Below, piece by piece: positions 37,105-50,576 of a stretch of DNA of 64,000 bases (position 1 is its first letter; every line of letters begins with the position of its first letter). The notes under the pieces are model-generated. The model saw only the letters and a list, made by a program, of their open reading frames with translations. It ran no database searches and was not told the DNA's origin. The position numbers were made by a program, and so were the translations under genes. Origin of the DNA: Yuukianura sp. NJ FZ-2021 (Eukaryota); the NCBI GenBank assembly GCA_046563655.1, contig CM102284.1, forward strand, positions 2,604,001-2,668,000, written 5' to 3'.

Positions 37105-37930
37105 CCCTATGAAGGTAGAGCAGAAGCTCAAATATACGTATCGTATGTTTCGTTTTTGTTTCACCAGATTCGTAGTCTATCGCTCTCCTTTCGACTGTCC
37201 TTTGATTACAAGAAAGGAAATTACAAAATATATTTCATAAATTTTGTAGACCAGTCACGACTTTCCTCCTAGAGGTCATCTTTTCAATTGTGAAGGGCCA
37301 TGTCGATGCCCTCGCAAACATATATAAAAGGCTTCAATTTATTGTTTTGTTTAGTAATTACATAGTAATTTTATTTATTTTTTTACTAGGTTAAAAAACC
37401 CGATGGTTGAATAGTAACCGACACCGACAGCATTGGAGTATAAGGCGAACTTACAAAATCTTTCAAAAGGTATGTTGGTTAATAATTAATTCGAAGTTAC
37501 CGATTGCTGAAGCCCACACGCAATTCATAATCGCTCCATCTTGATGTGTTGATAATTCGTGTCCACAGGAGCATTAAGTTCTCGATTACAAACTAGTGAA
37601 GATGAAATTAACGTAAAGAAAAGTTGAAAATACTTTTCTCACTACAAACACTTTACTAAATTCTGTTCCAAAACTCAAAAGAGAGGTTGCAGTACGGATT
37701 ACGTGTTCAAATGTGCTTTCGCTTACGAAGAGAAGCAACTAATCCTTGGATAATCCAAGATGGATTCATAACAGATTGACTAATTCTAAGATTTGCAAGG
37801 CCTTGACTAATCCCCGGAGTCGAATTTGCATAAATATATTAAATCTTAAAACTATAACGTAAAACAATTATTCGTCTAACATTCGAAACGGTAAAATTAA
37901 AATGTAACCTAACTTTAATACATCTTCAGG

Positions 37931-40900
37931 TTACTCCGTCGTTGGTTGCTCATACCCGTAGAAGGCAAAGTAAAAGTCTTGTTGCATCTGCGATTGAACA
38001 TCTACGTTCATAGGGATCTGGATTTCAGTACGATTGGCGTCTGCTTTGCTTTCCTTGGTTATTCTAATTCTCTGTAGCGCCAATTCCCTCCGCGATTTCA
38101 ATGCGATTTTGACGTCTGATTTCCTGTTGGAGATGTGCTGCTTTCTGCGTCCCTCCTCGCAATTGTCTCTTGTAATCCTAGTAGACGGTTCGGGTCCAGC
38201 CTCAAGTTGAATATCTGCGTCTGATGACATTGGTTCAACTACTTGTTCTTCTAAGGCAATATGCTCCTGGAACGAGGATGTAGTAGAAACAGCCTCTTCC
38301 CGCGGAAAACAACTCTTGCTATCCCTTTGATGTCTCATTAGATACATTTTGATTGGAAACGTTTTGTCACAACGTCCGCATTTCCATGGTCTCAAGTCTG
38401 AGTGAACCAAGCGATTATGCCTCTTTAACCCTGCCAAATTCGAACAGTATTTGTTGCAAAGTTCACACAAGACTGAAGTGGGGCCAATTTCGATAGGTTT
38501 GCAATTCGGGTAAGTCACTTCATGCCGTCTCAAGTATTTTTGCGTAGGAAATCCGCGATTGCATCGAGCACAAGAAAAATCCTGCCTATTACCCTCCGTG
38601 TGTTTAATGGCAATGTGATCCTTCAGTGACTTACTGCTACTCAGTTTTAGGTCACAGAAGTCACAAGGCCAAAGTTTGTGTTTTTCGGAAGGAGGTGCAT
38701 GAATTCTTTGAATGTGCGTTCTCATGCCGCTACGTTGTTTGAACATGGCAGAGCAACCAGGCTCGGTACATTTGAACTGCTTCCCAGTTGTCTCGTGTAC
38801 AAGGTGAATGTGCTTTTTAACCTGGCTCTTAAGGGAGGAACGGTATTTGCATTCTTCATAGGAACATGTGTAAGGCTTCAAAACTTCAGCTGGAATTCCT
38901 TCATGTGACAACTGATGACGACGAAAAAGAAAGTTTGAAACAAACGTCATGCCACATTCGGAGCACACTTCGCGCTCTTTTCGTTTAGCCTTTTTGAGGT
39001 TGGGATACTTGTCCGAGTGATGTCGTATTCGATGGTTACGAAGATTTGAAAAGTTTCTGCTGACGTATGTACAGCCCTCTATTGTACACCTACAACCAAA
39101 ACATTTTAGATTAAATCAGTTATAACTAATTGTGTTTAATACATTTTTTTTTGTCATACAAGGAGATGTATATTGTTATTACCGACATTGCGGCGGATTA
39201 TGGAAGTATTTGAGGTGATTTTTTAATTTACGTTCTAGGCGAAAGGACCGAGCACACAAGTGACAAGAATGGAGCGGAGCATTTTCCGTATGAAACAACA
39301 AGATGTGATCTCGAAGTGACTCGGAGCGCTGGAATCCTTTGCTACAGTGTTGACACATATAAGAGAAGAGCCCGCCGTGGGCATTTCGATGGATGACCAA
39401 ACGTCGAAATTCTCGAAAGTTTCTGTCGCAGTTGGGTTCTCGACACTTGTATGGACGTGGATCCTTTAAGTGCATTTCACGGTAGTGCCCCGCTAACTCA
39501 TCCGGATCTGTGGATGAGAACTTGCAGCGTGGGGCAAGGCATGATTCTAATTTGCCTTCAAGAATTTTGAACTTCCGCGGTCGTCCTATAGGTTTCTTGG
39601 GTGACACAGCAACAGTAGCCGTTTTCCAACGCCTAGCCCTTCTGCGCAAGCGCTTGATCGTTGCCATGCGTGAAGAATTTTTTGGACTTTGACGAACAAC
39701 AACTTTTCCGGCCTTATTTTCATGACATCGTGCAAAAGCTGCGTGGTCACAAGGAATAAGCTGAATCCTTAGATATTTGAGTTTAACGGTACCTCCAACT
39801 GTCTCATGAGAGTAAGCTAAAGTGATAGCAATTGGATATTATTAAAATGGTTACTCGTACCTACTAACTACAAACAAAAGAAAACTTACTGCTGGAGTCT
39901 TCCTCGTTTTCATTCAAAGTTTTCGGCTGATGTGTTTTCCAGCAGCGTGTGGGTTCAAAATTGTTTGCTGCAGCAGGTGATTGGTGATGTATTTGAGGTA
40001 CATGGGTACCCACATGATCGCGTTGTGTGCTTCGTAGTTTTACTTTGTAGCCTTCATTCTGCTGACGAAGACCTGTGTGCTGATCTTGCGTCAATCTCCC
40101 GGGAAATATACAATGAACTTTACTCTCAGATTCAGGATGTACTAAAGTATTTTCCTCTGTAATCCATCCCGCATCATGGGCATTGTGATCTCCATCGGAA
40201 AGGTTTGAATCGCTAAGTAAACTTTCCTTGACGTCGATCATGCTAACGTTGACATATTTTGTAATTTCTTTCATCAACGGTACCCCCATTTTCTTTGTTT
40301 TCAAACAATCATCGGCCGGGAACTGAAAGGCCGCTCCCGCAGTCTTTGATACGCAATCGTAATCTAAAGCAAGAAAAGATGAATAATTAGTTGTTTATCG
40401 ATATATTTAAAGGAATTACATTATGACCCATTGACTTTTGATGGAAGCTTTTATAGTTTGGAATAATAAGAGCGAGAAACTTGGTTGGGTTGCCTAACAA
40501 GGAAGCTTCTAGTAAATTAAATGTAGCGTATAAAATGTAATATAAAATAAATGTAATATAATATCAAATAAAATATACAAAATGCAACCTAACCATAAAT
40601 CCTCACCATCCGACGTATGTCCTACTCTTAAATTGTTCGAACCTGAGATAGAAGACGAGGCCGCTCCTTTGCGGCAAGACTTCTTCCCATTTTGTCGTAA
40701 CTGCTCCCCATCTCTGATGATTTGTTTCAATGCAGACTTAACAGTTCTAATTTTATGTAAAATGTTTTCCCAGTCTTCGATTACTGCCTCCGCCTCTACT
40801 ACCCATTGTTGACAGCTCACGCATGGTGTAGCGTGTAAATACTTCAATTCCAGTACCCCGCCGTTCGGAACGTATGACCCTTGACCTTCAAAATTGAGTA

Positions 40901-41012
40901 CAGTTGATAGTGCACGCGCTTGCACTGGACTTATTAAATGTAGTGGACTAATCAACTCGTCACAATTACCGAAACAAAAAGCACAGCATCGCCTGCTTAT
41001 ATCCCAATCCAT
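37931..41012 (-). CDS. ZAD-like/C2H2 zinc-finger protein B (tandem paralog of A)
   Basis: Exons 41012-40607, 40363-39890, 39816-39183, 39089-37931. CAFC...PCVSC and a C2H2 array. Intron positions and phases match gene A. Confidence 0.88.
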
Positions 41013-42089
41013 GCTGGCTCGGTATCAGCCTTTACTAAAATTCGCTAAGTCCATGATTTCAAAACAACTTTTAAAAATGCAGGAATATGAAATGGGTTTA
41101 CTACTACCTGGGTACATAACCTTCTGTCTGTGAATTCATAAAACGGTGTAACCGCGCTACGGAGACAGTTGTCTAATCCTCAGAAATTCGATGCTTACAA
41201 AACCTTACCTTGGATTCTGAGGAGTAGTCACTTCAAGAAATACCGCAGTCTGAATTCGCGTATCGCGTTCCTCTTTCCTCATCAGAAAAAGCCAAAAGGT
41301 CTGGCTAAAGATTGGAAGTCGGATTTCTCGGATATTATATGTGCAGTTTCCTGCTTAAGTTTCAATAAGTTTCGACGCTTTTACCATAACCAAAAAGCAG
41401 GATCCTTTATCGTAGGCAAACTCGCTTTTTCTTACGTACGTTACGCTTAAAAAACTAACAATTTTGAAACAAAAACCAACGTTGTTAGGATATTTAATTG
41501 AATTGACAATGCTTAGATATTAATCTTTGCACCACATCTAATCTTACCCATCAACTAATGTAAGGTCTAATGTGTTTTACAATTGAACGGTCTATCGGAT
41601 ACGTTTTTCGCTGTATTTGGCTCATTTAAGACAAGCATAAATTAATAGGTTTTTTCGACTACTACTACTTGCTTTTTTACTACAGCGGGAGATTACGAAA
41701 ATTTTAGCCGCCCCTAGAACCATAAGCTGCCTAATTTCATTTCTAAAATTCCCAAGCTGTCTAATATCCAATATACCAATACCGCCCGTCAACAATCAAT
41801 AAAATCGAAACCCATTCCCAATAAAAAGGAGTATGCATAATGTTCCCATATATAATTCCACAGCCCAATTCTGGACGACGCGACGTCCCATGGCCCGACT
41901 TGGCTTTATGTGGACATATTCCAGAAAACAATGAATTATTTGTAAAAATTTATAACTTAGAATGCAAGGTTTAAATCCATATTTCAAGTTAAAAAATTGT
42001 CAATAGGTTAGCAAAACTTGACAAACAACAAATCCACTCTGAGCTGCTTTAAAAATTTTGGAATTTCCGACCAGCACCAACGCAAAACA

Positions 42090-43328
42090 ATGGATTCATC
42101 ATTAACCCGTAGTTTCACGATGGTAATCAACTGGGCAAGAATTTCTGGACAAGTCCCATTCAAGTTTGACGTTAAAACACACGAAATTATTTACTCTACA
42201 TCTGTTCAGTGGAAGATGATGTGTTGGATTCTCATACCGAACATACTATTTAGCACTGTACGGTTCATAACAACAATTGCGCGACAAACAATGATAATTT
42301 TTATTTGGCAATCCATTTACATTCTTTGTCTGGCACTTAACTACATGTACCACCTCATCTGTTTCATTCGTGGGAAGGATATAGTTCATCACTGTAACAT
42401 CATGTACGCGGCACTTAAGGACATTAACGGTAAGATATTAATTATGGAATAGTTTATGATAGTATTACTGTTACTATAAAATATTATGTAGTATATTAAT
42501 ATTATATATAAAATTTTAGAGTGTTGTAGTCACAACAAAGAACGGGATACCAAAACAGAAACGTGGCAGCAGCTCAGTAAACTGCTTACTGCGTCAGTCT
42601 GTATAACTGCCTTGGGCACATCGATAGCAGCTTCAATATTTACGTTGAACTATAAGGAGGGCATGGCGGTTCAATTAGGCTCACTTATCGTATCAGAGGC
42701 GCCGTTTCTAGCGGCGATTTTGCAGTTTCTGATTCCTTTCTGTTTATGGTCCAGCGTGGCGTTCATGGGTATCTTCTTCATAATTTACGTCTTCTGGCTG
42801 TTGTCAACTCTGGACAAGCTGCGCAATCTCGTACACTTGAGCGACACGCCTGTGCGTCTGATCTACGTCGTATCCATGTACAAGTCATTACAAATAACGG
42901 TTCTCCTATGTAACGACCTCACGCGTGACTATGCCCTCATTGTATCAACAAATGTATTCACCGGGGTAGCCACGGCGGGATTGACGTTGTATATTGGTTA
43001 CCATCATATTCTGGACTTTGTTACCTTCTATCCAATTTTTCTCTTCACGGTATTGTCCATAACCGTTTTGGTACTGATTTACTATACACTGGGCGACATT
43101 AACTACAAGGCGGCAAAATTGATAACAAAAATTCGCTATAAAATTTTGCGAATGCATCTGAGCAGAAGAGACAGAACTTTGCTGCAAATGTACAACCGAT
43201 CTCTGTTACCATTAAAAATTGAGCTCGGTTCTTTCGGCTACTACAAAAAGCAAAATAGTCTCAGAATCATTGCAAAGGTATTCTACTACTCCAACAAAAT
43301 GATTTTAATTACTAAAAAGGTATTCTAG
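42090..43328 (+). CDS. GR-like multi-pass chemoreceptor, paralog 1
   Basis: Exons 42090-42429 and 42520-43328. Multiple TM segments; C-terminus LPLKIELGSFGYYKKQNSLRIIAKVFYY. Confidence 0.75.
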
Positions 43329-43860
43329 TATATCTATAACAGTAATCAAATCATGTATAAGGAACCAGAGCTACGGAATATCTTTGAACAGGATAGAAAT
43401 GTGCAAGTTACTGTGTAGGGTGTAGGTAGTCATAAATAAATTGTAAACCAAAAACTTACGACAAATTTTGAGAAGTAATTATATTTTTACCTCCGCCAGC
43501 AAGTCAGTCTTAGTAAAATGTGAAAAATTGATTACATTTAATTTCCTCCTAGTTTTTCCAATTTCGATCGAAATTGGTTAAAATTAAAAAATTATAAAAG
43601 AAAACCGAAACTTTTTTTTAAATTATTAATATGATCAGACGCATTTTGTTCCAATATTCCAAGAAATTTTAATTCCAATGATTTAAAAAAAAAATTCGAA
43701 GGAACTGCTCGAGTTTAGTATTCTTTAATAACCCAAAAAATTCTGTGCCATGTGTAAGTCATCAGATGAATTAAGAAAAACTAGCTCATGTGAGTATCAA
43801 ACCTTTAGCTAATTGTTTTTGCATTGTTTCCTCTAAATTTCATATTGTAAGACAAAAGAG

Positions 43861-44179
43861 TTCCAGGAATAGAAACAGAAACTACACACAGAAATTTTGT
43901 TTGACTTGTGTACTGCCCCTAGGGCTTGCGTCAGACACTGCTTTACGTTTTACTTACGAATTTCTAATTCTTTATTCCTGGAAATATCCCGGAAAGAAAT
44001 TTGTCATACCAGCCCAAAATGAAATTTATTTATTAAAACACACGCACTGACATGCCACAGCTTGTTTCTTGTCAAAATTTTTTCATGCTGTCGCATACTG
44101 ATACATTCTATGACGTGATATGTGATATTCGACATTGCTCACAAAGTGTTCCCGGAACGGCCGAATTTTTGCTATAAAA
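43861..44179 (+). promoter_or_regulatory. Promoter with clustered STAT (GAS) sites, a kB-like site and a TATA box
   Basis: TTCCAGGAA 43861, TTCCTGGAA 43975, near-site ATCCCGGAA 43986, TTCCCGGAA 44149, GGAAATATCCC 43980-43990, TATAAAA 44173. Confidence 0.6.
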
Positions 44180-44288
44180 CACCGAAATGTTTTAGGTCAG
44201 CAACACAGAACAATATTTATTTGAAAGTATTTTCTGAAACACTAAGTAAGTTTTCCTTTCAAAAAAAAATCTTCAAACAATTTCTAAT

Positions 44289-44823
44289 ATGGCAAATACG
44301 AATAAGTTCATTTTAGTTGTCATCTTGGTCCTGTCCGTTTCGATAACAGTAACACACGGAGCGTCGTTTGAAGGTATTTGCCATATGACCTTAGTTGTAT
44401 CGACAGTGACAGAAATTTTAAATAATTGAATTGCATTTTCATTTTTAGTGATTCGAAACACAGGATGTCGTATATTCCGCAGTAGCACGGAGTTCAAACC
44501 AGGGTATTTATGCTTTTGTATTGTTACTGGGTTCCTTGAAACAGGATGGATGTGCGGGAAATTTGATACTGACACGATATTCAACCAAACAGCATTCAAC
44601 GCAACAAACGAATGTGAGCAACAGCAATTTCTAAAAAAACATTATTAGAATTTGCCAGTAGCTTCAAAAGCGTATTTTACTTTTAATGAATTCTTCTGAA
44701 ATTGTAGATATGCTTGATAAGGCATGTATGCATATTAGCATGTTTGCTTAAATTAAAATTTATTACTATCGTTTTTAATTTGCAGATCCTTTAGTTGGCA
44801 ACCAAGATGGTACTCCTTTGTAA
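44289..44823 (+). CDS. Small secreted cysteine-containing orphan protein (~95 aa)
   Basis: Phase-consistent exons 44289-44373, 44449-44613, 44786-44823 give MANTNKFILVVILVLSVSITVTHGASFEVIRNTGCRIFRSSTEFKPGYLCFCIVTGFLETGWMCGKFDTDTIFNQTAFNATNEYPLVGNQDGTPL*. TATA box upstream, AATAAA near 44857. The alternative is read-through to TAG at 44648. Confidence 0.7.
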
Positions 44824-45724
44824 CGCCCGGTCGAATAAGAATTGGAGTTTCATCAAAATAAAATAAAAAAAATGAATTTTTACAAATTTATTTAACAAAA
44901 TTAGCATACAGTGTTGTAAAACTCATTTTTGGAAACAATTGAATTACCTATGTATTTAAAATTCTATACAAAATTGTACATAAAATATGTACGGTTAGCA
45001 GTATACTAACTACAACAACAAATTTGTTGCTGGGTATTTTGTTGCTATTTTTTTTGAAAATCAATTTCAATTGAGTTTAAAACAAAAGATATGGCAAAAA
45101 AGTTCTTTAACTTGAATAAAGCAATTTTTATCGATTGCAGAAAGTTAATTTCAAAAATTGTCTTACATAAGTTATGGTTTGATTTTTAAAAACTTAATTT
45201 TGTTAGAAGATTGCTTGTTTTTTGGAGCAAATTTCCTTTTTTAGACAAATTATTTCCAATACAAACTCATTCCTGTGTTATTGATTACTAGTTAGTAAAT
45301 TGTTTTCTTTCTTATGCAACGCTATAAAAAAAAAGAGTTTTAATGACTCGGAGGTTGTTAAGCTGAAGTAAAGCAATATTTTTAAGTTCCTTGTTGTTGT
45401 TTTTCATTTTCACGATTTGTTCCAACAACAGTCTAATTCTCTAGTAATTGCTATCCTTAATCCTCGATTGATTTTAAAATTTTACATGAAAAGCTGGAAT
45501 AATTTTGAAGTTGCTGTCAAAGATCTAACAACTGAAACAACTTTTCTAGATGTTGAGTTGTAGAGGTGAAAAACAAAACTCTCAGAACATTACAATTGTT
45601 AATACCACTCGATATTCGAAAATCAGTTCAAATTTCCATTAGAAACAATTTATAAACAAACAAATTCAACGTCTTTAAAATTTTTGGAAAACTTTCTTCA
45701 GGCAGTTCATTGCAATTTGCAACT

Positions 45725-46939
45725 ATGGATACAACACTTGTTAAAATTATCAAAGTTGTTGCAGTCTGGGGACACGCTTCTGGTCAAATTCCAATCAAAT
45801 TCGACGACGCAAAAAATATAGAAATTTTTCACCCTTCTATCCAATGGTGGATCAGTTCCCGAATTTTTGTTCCTTTTCACATGCTATTTGTTTTGTACCG
45901 GTTCTTTTCAACTATCTCTAGTGAATCGCTGCATATCTTTATCATGCAGTCAATCTACTGCCTTTGTGTTGGAAACCACCTTGTGTACTACTCTATGTAC
46001 GCATTTACCGGAAATAAAATGTCCAACTACCGCAACAGAATGTTTGCCTCCCTCAAATACATTTCTGGTAAGCTTATTTTTAGTCATGCTTTTTAATAGT
46101 TGAAGGTGAAATTTTTAATTTGAGCAGAATGCTGTGAATCTTCAGCTAAAGCAAAAATTCCAAAGGATAATTGGCAAAACCTGACCAAATTCTGTATCAT
46201 GTCTGTTGGTGCCTCTGCTGTGATAACGTCTCTTGCAACTATTGTCATTCAAATCAGCCACAACGGAGGCCTGTCAGTACAATTAAGCTCAATTCTTGCA
46301 TCGAGGTCAATGACCTTGGCTTCAATCGTACAATTTCTGGTAGCGCTAAACCTATGGGCAATCGGAACCTATTTAGTTTGCTTCCTCGTCACTTTTATTT
46401 TGTGGACAATTTCCTGCCTCAGGACGATGATATACCTTGTACAACATGCTGGCAACAGCCCTGTACAACTCGTCTATGTTGTATCTTTGTACAAGAAGAT
46501 GAAGTTAACCGTCATGTTGGGTAACGAACTTACACGTGATTATGTACTAATGGCTTCTACGAATATGTTGACAGGAATGGCCACTGTTGGGTTAAGTCTG
46601 TACATTGGTTACCGCCATACGCTGCAATTTGATACACTTTTCGCAACGTCTGGAATCACAATTTTGTCCATTGGGTTAGTTCTATTGTCATACTATACAC
46701 TGGGTGACATCAACTACAAATCAAACAAGTTGATTGTGAAAATACGTTACAAAATTTTACGTATGGATATCAGCAGAAGAGACAGAACACTACTCCAAAT
46801 GTATAACAGATCTCTTTTGCCGCTAAAAATTGAGCTTAGCTCATTTGGCTTCTACAAAAAGCAAAACAGCCTCCGCATCATTGCGAAATTGTTCTACTAC
46901 TCAAACAAAATGGTTCTCATTACAAAAAAGGCATTTTAG
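45725..46939 (+). CDS. GR-like multi-pass chemoreceptor, paralog 2
   Basis: Exons 45725-46067 and 46128-46939. Same intron phase and C-terminal motif as paralog 1. Confidence 0.75.
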
Positions 46940-47624
46940 TTGTTTAAATAGTTATTTTCGAAAATTATTTTTACTGTTAATTTCATAATTTTACATATTA
47001 TGTATAATATGTATAATTTAAAAGAATTTGACTTCTGGAGAAGTGTGTCTACGACATGGTGAAGGAGAATACTTTTGAATGATCATACTTTATGAGCGTA
47101 ACTTTATAATAAGATCAACCTTTAACAAGAAAAATTTTCATGCATCGCTTGTTAGTCTGAAGTATTGCAGTTTGTTTTAAGTTAAGCAACATCATTCAAT
47201 GTAATGTAATAAAATTTTCACCTACTGACCTTGGTGGTCTCTTCTTTAAATTTTCAGCGATGTGGCTTTCTTTGCACATCTGCACAAAGCACAATGATTG
47301 TACCTTCGTTGTAGTGTTAATAATCTCTTCTTTTGTTTTCTATGAGAAGATGCCTTTCATAGGCAAACACTAACATTTGCAGTCCATAGTCCAAAGCCAA
47401 ATTCTGTAACAGATAACATCTCTATAGAGTTCCGTTTAACCACTACTAATTATCATGTTACTGTTCTCAACTGGCTTGTAGAATTAATGAAGCTGAATTA
47501 AGTCGCTGGACATCACATTTCTTCCAGCCGAAGTCGCGTTTGGACAAATAAGCACGTCCTGGATTTTCCTTGTTTCAAAGTTTCAATTTTTTGATTTCTA
47601 ACTTTATTTGGCAATCAACAAGAA

Positions 47625-49985
47625 ATGGAACATCAAATATTGTTAAACGTCATTCGGAACAAGAGAGATAGAAAAGAGCTAACCGCAACAGAAATTCAGT
47701 CGTTTGTTGCTGCCGTGGGCACAGAAGCTCTTAGCGAGGCTCAGATTGGTAAAAAGATTAAATAATAAATTAACTAAAGTGACTTTTTGGTATAATAACC
47801 TAACAAATTGAAAGTAACTAAATATAAAGGTTCCTTGACAACCAAATTGTATTTCCTACAACATGTTGTCCACTAAGTGAGGGTTTCCAAAAATCTTACT
47901 TCAAAATTTGCACCAATTTTGTTTATGCTTCTTACCTCAAGTTTTTCCAAACTTTGAACCTTTGGATAAAAAAAGTTTAAAATTACGATAGAAATGGTGC
48001 TGAAGTTCAGCCTATTTCATTTTTGAAAATTTTGGCAAACAATTAAAAAACCCGAGTCATTGGACAACCTGGAGTAGAAAAAGTTTTTTTTTTTTGTTTA
48101 CGAACCTTTTGGTAACTATGATCGGAAATGGTTGAGGTGAACAATACCTTGTCTTAAAGTATTTGTCAATCTCGAGTTTTGATATACACTACAGGAGCAT
48201 TCCTGATGGCGATTTACCTCAATGACATCTCTTTAGAAGAAACAGCGAATTTGACAAACTCCATGGCCAACTCCGGTATAAGTTGAAATATTTTCAAATT
48301 TCCCACAAAAATTCTAACTTAAGTAGTTTTTAAGGAATTCGACTGGAGTGGCCAATGGAGTGGAAAGGAACTGTAGTTGACAAGCACGCCACTGGTGGTG
48401 TTGGTGACAAGGTTTAATAGATGATTTCGCATCCATTTTTTTTAATTTTTTCAAAATATTTTCACTAAATTTAAATATTTTTAAGACTTCTCTTGTGCTC
48501 GCTCCTGCACTGGCCGCTTGTGGATTACGTGTTCCTATGATTTCTGGTCGATCACTGGGATTCACCGGAGGAACATTGGACAAGCTCGAATCTATTCCAG
48601 GATTCAACGTCAATTTGCAAACGGGGGATATCCAAAAAGCATTGGAGAATTCAGGATGTTGTATCGTGAGCCAATCAGAAGAGATAGCTCCAGCCGATAG
48701 GATTCTCTACCGAATCCGTGATGCTACTGGGACTGTTGAAAATGAAGGCGTCATCACTTGTGAGAAGAAAAATTTTCAAAAAATTCTGAAATATTTTAAA
48801 TTTTTATGTCGATTTCCTATTATTTCGTACAAACATTTGTTAAACTGTGTTTTTCAAGCATCAATCATTTCGAAGAAGGCTGCTGAGGGCCTAGATGCCC
48901 TTGTGCTGGATGTCAAATTTGGTCGTGGATCGTTTATGAAAAGGGTTGAAACTGCACAATCTTTGGCGCGAAAATTGGTAAAATTTTCAAGTTTTGAAAT
49001 TTTCTCAAAAGTGAGAAGTTGATGCTTGGTTTCCAAGTATTCGATCCTGTAAAATTTGAACTAGTAGCTAATTCGTGGCATCAAAAATACAAAATCACAA
49101 TTTTAAAAAGGTTGCGGCGGGAAACTCGTTTGGAATAAAAACGAGTGCAGTTTTATCTCGAATGGACTCACCGCTCGGATATGCTGTTGGAAACGCATTA
49201 GAAGTAGCAGAGGCTATCGATACATTGAAAGGCCACGGGCCAGCAGACCTTTTGGAGCTTGTTGCAGCATTAGGTTGTGGTTAAATTTTTACGAAAGGTA
49301 ATACAGGAATGTCAAGTCGAAAGAATATGGTTTTCCAATCTAGGTGGTAAACTGCTCAAATCCACTGGCCATGCGCAGTCAAAAAAAGACGCCAAGTCCA
49401 AAATTCTGGAAGTGATTGAAAACGGAAAAGCTCTGCGGTACTTCGGTATGATGTTGATCTGTCAAGGGTGTGAATCAACCAACGTCAAAGAACTCTGCGC
49501 TGGAGACAAGTGGAAAATTCTTCCGAGAACTTCATCTGTGTCTCCACTTTTGGCAAAATCGACAGGTATAAAACAAAAGTCAAGAGCTGTATCCATCGGT
49601 GTAGCCTAGTGTGTAATGGATGGTTTAACTAGTAACTTCTTCAATAAGCTAAAACTTCAAAGCGTACAATGAATTAGATTTTTAGATATATGCATATAAT
49701 TAATTCCTCGTTTCAGGTTACTTGGAATCCATTGATGCTCTTGTTGTTGCATCAGTGAGTCATGGCGTTGGGTCCGACGGAGTGCAGCCACACAACAAGC
49801 ATGCTGCTGGCATTGTGCTAAAGAAGAAACCCGGAGACGCAGTTTCTGAAGGCGACGTTCTTATGGAGATACATCATGACGGAAGAGACGTCGCTCTAGT
49901 TTTGCAAAAATTACATTCAGCCATAAAAATTATTTCTAACCAACCCACGATCCCGCCCCTTATCTCAAAATCTGAGCGAATTTGA
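47625..49985 (+). CDS. TYMP: Thymidine phosphorylase (pyrimidine nucleoside phosphorylase family II)
   Basis: Spliced gene: [10 protein letters not shown]...[14 protein letters not shown]...[51 protein letters not shown]...[26 protein letters not shown]...[16 protein letters not shown]...[12 protein letters not shown]. Confidence 0.93.
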
Positions 49986-50576
49986 AAGTAAATTGATAGC
50001 TTGCATGTCCTTGCAAGCAAAAAAATGTGATCAAAGTATGGTGGAACAGAACATTAACTTTGTAACGTTTTTTATTTCAAAATCTTTTTACCAGTAATCT
50101 TATCAGGCTATTTCTACAATTCTACTTCTGAAATTCCACTTCTGACGTCCGTATGTTATAAATAATAATCTGTAGTACCTCGTGAATCTATTTCTAAAAC
50201 GGTTTAAAATTTGCAAAGTTCCAACATAAAACCCAAATTAGTTTAATGAGGTAAGGTAAACAAACGAAAGCGTGCGTAAACAAGAGACACACTTAACCCA
50301 TCTGCAATTTCAAATTTTGCGGAGAATTGTTCTAAAACTGGGTTTTCTGTTTGTTCTGATGAAAACGCAAACCAGGATGCAAATTTTCTCTAACTACATT
50401 TTCAACTTCAAGTTTTAAAAATTATGCCGCTAAGTTGAGTTTGAAGTATTTTTTTTCTTAATCTAAAGTCAATCGTAACGTTGTTTCATAGTTACCTCTC
50501 AGAAGGAAATTGGTGAAAACTAAACTTGAAAGGTTAAAGTTTACTCTATTTCACTGCCAGTTCAAATAGAGCTGTC

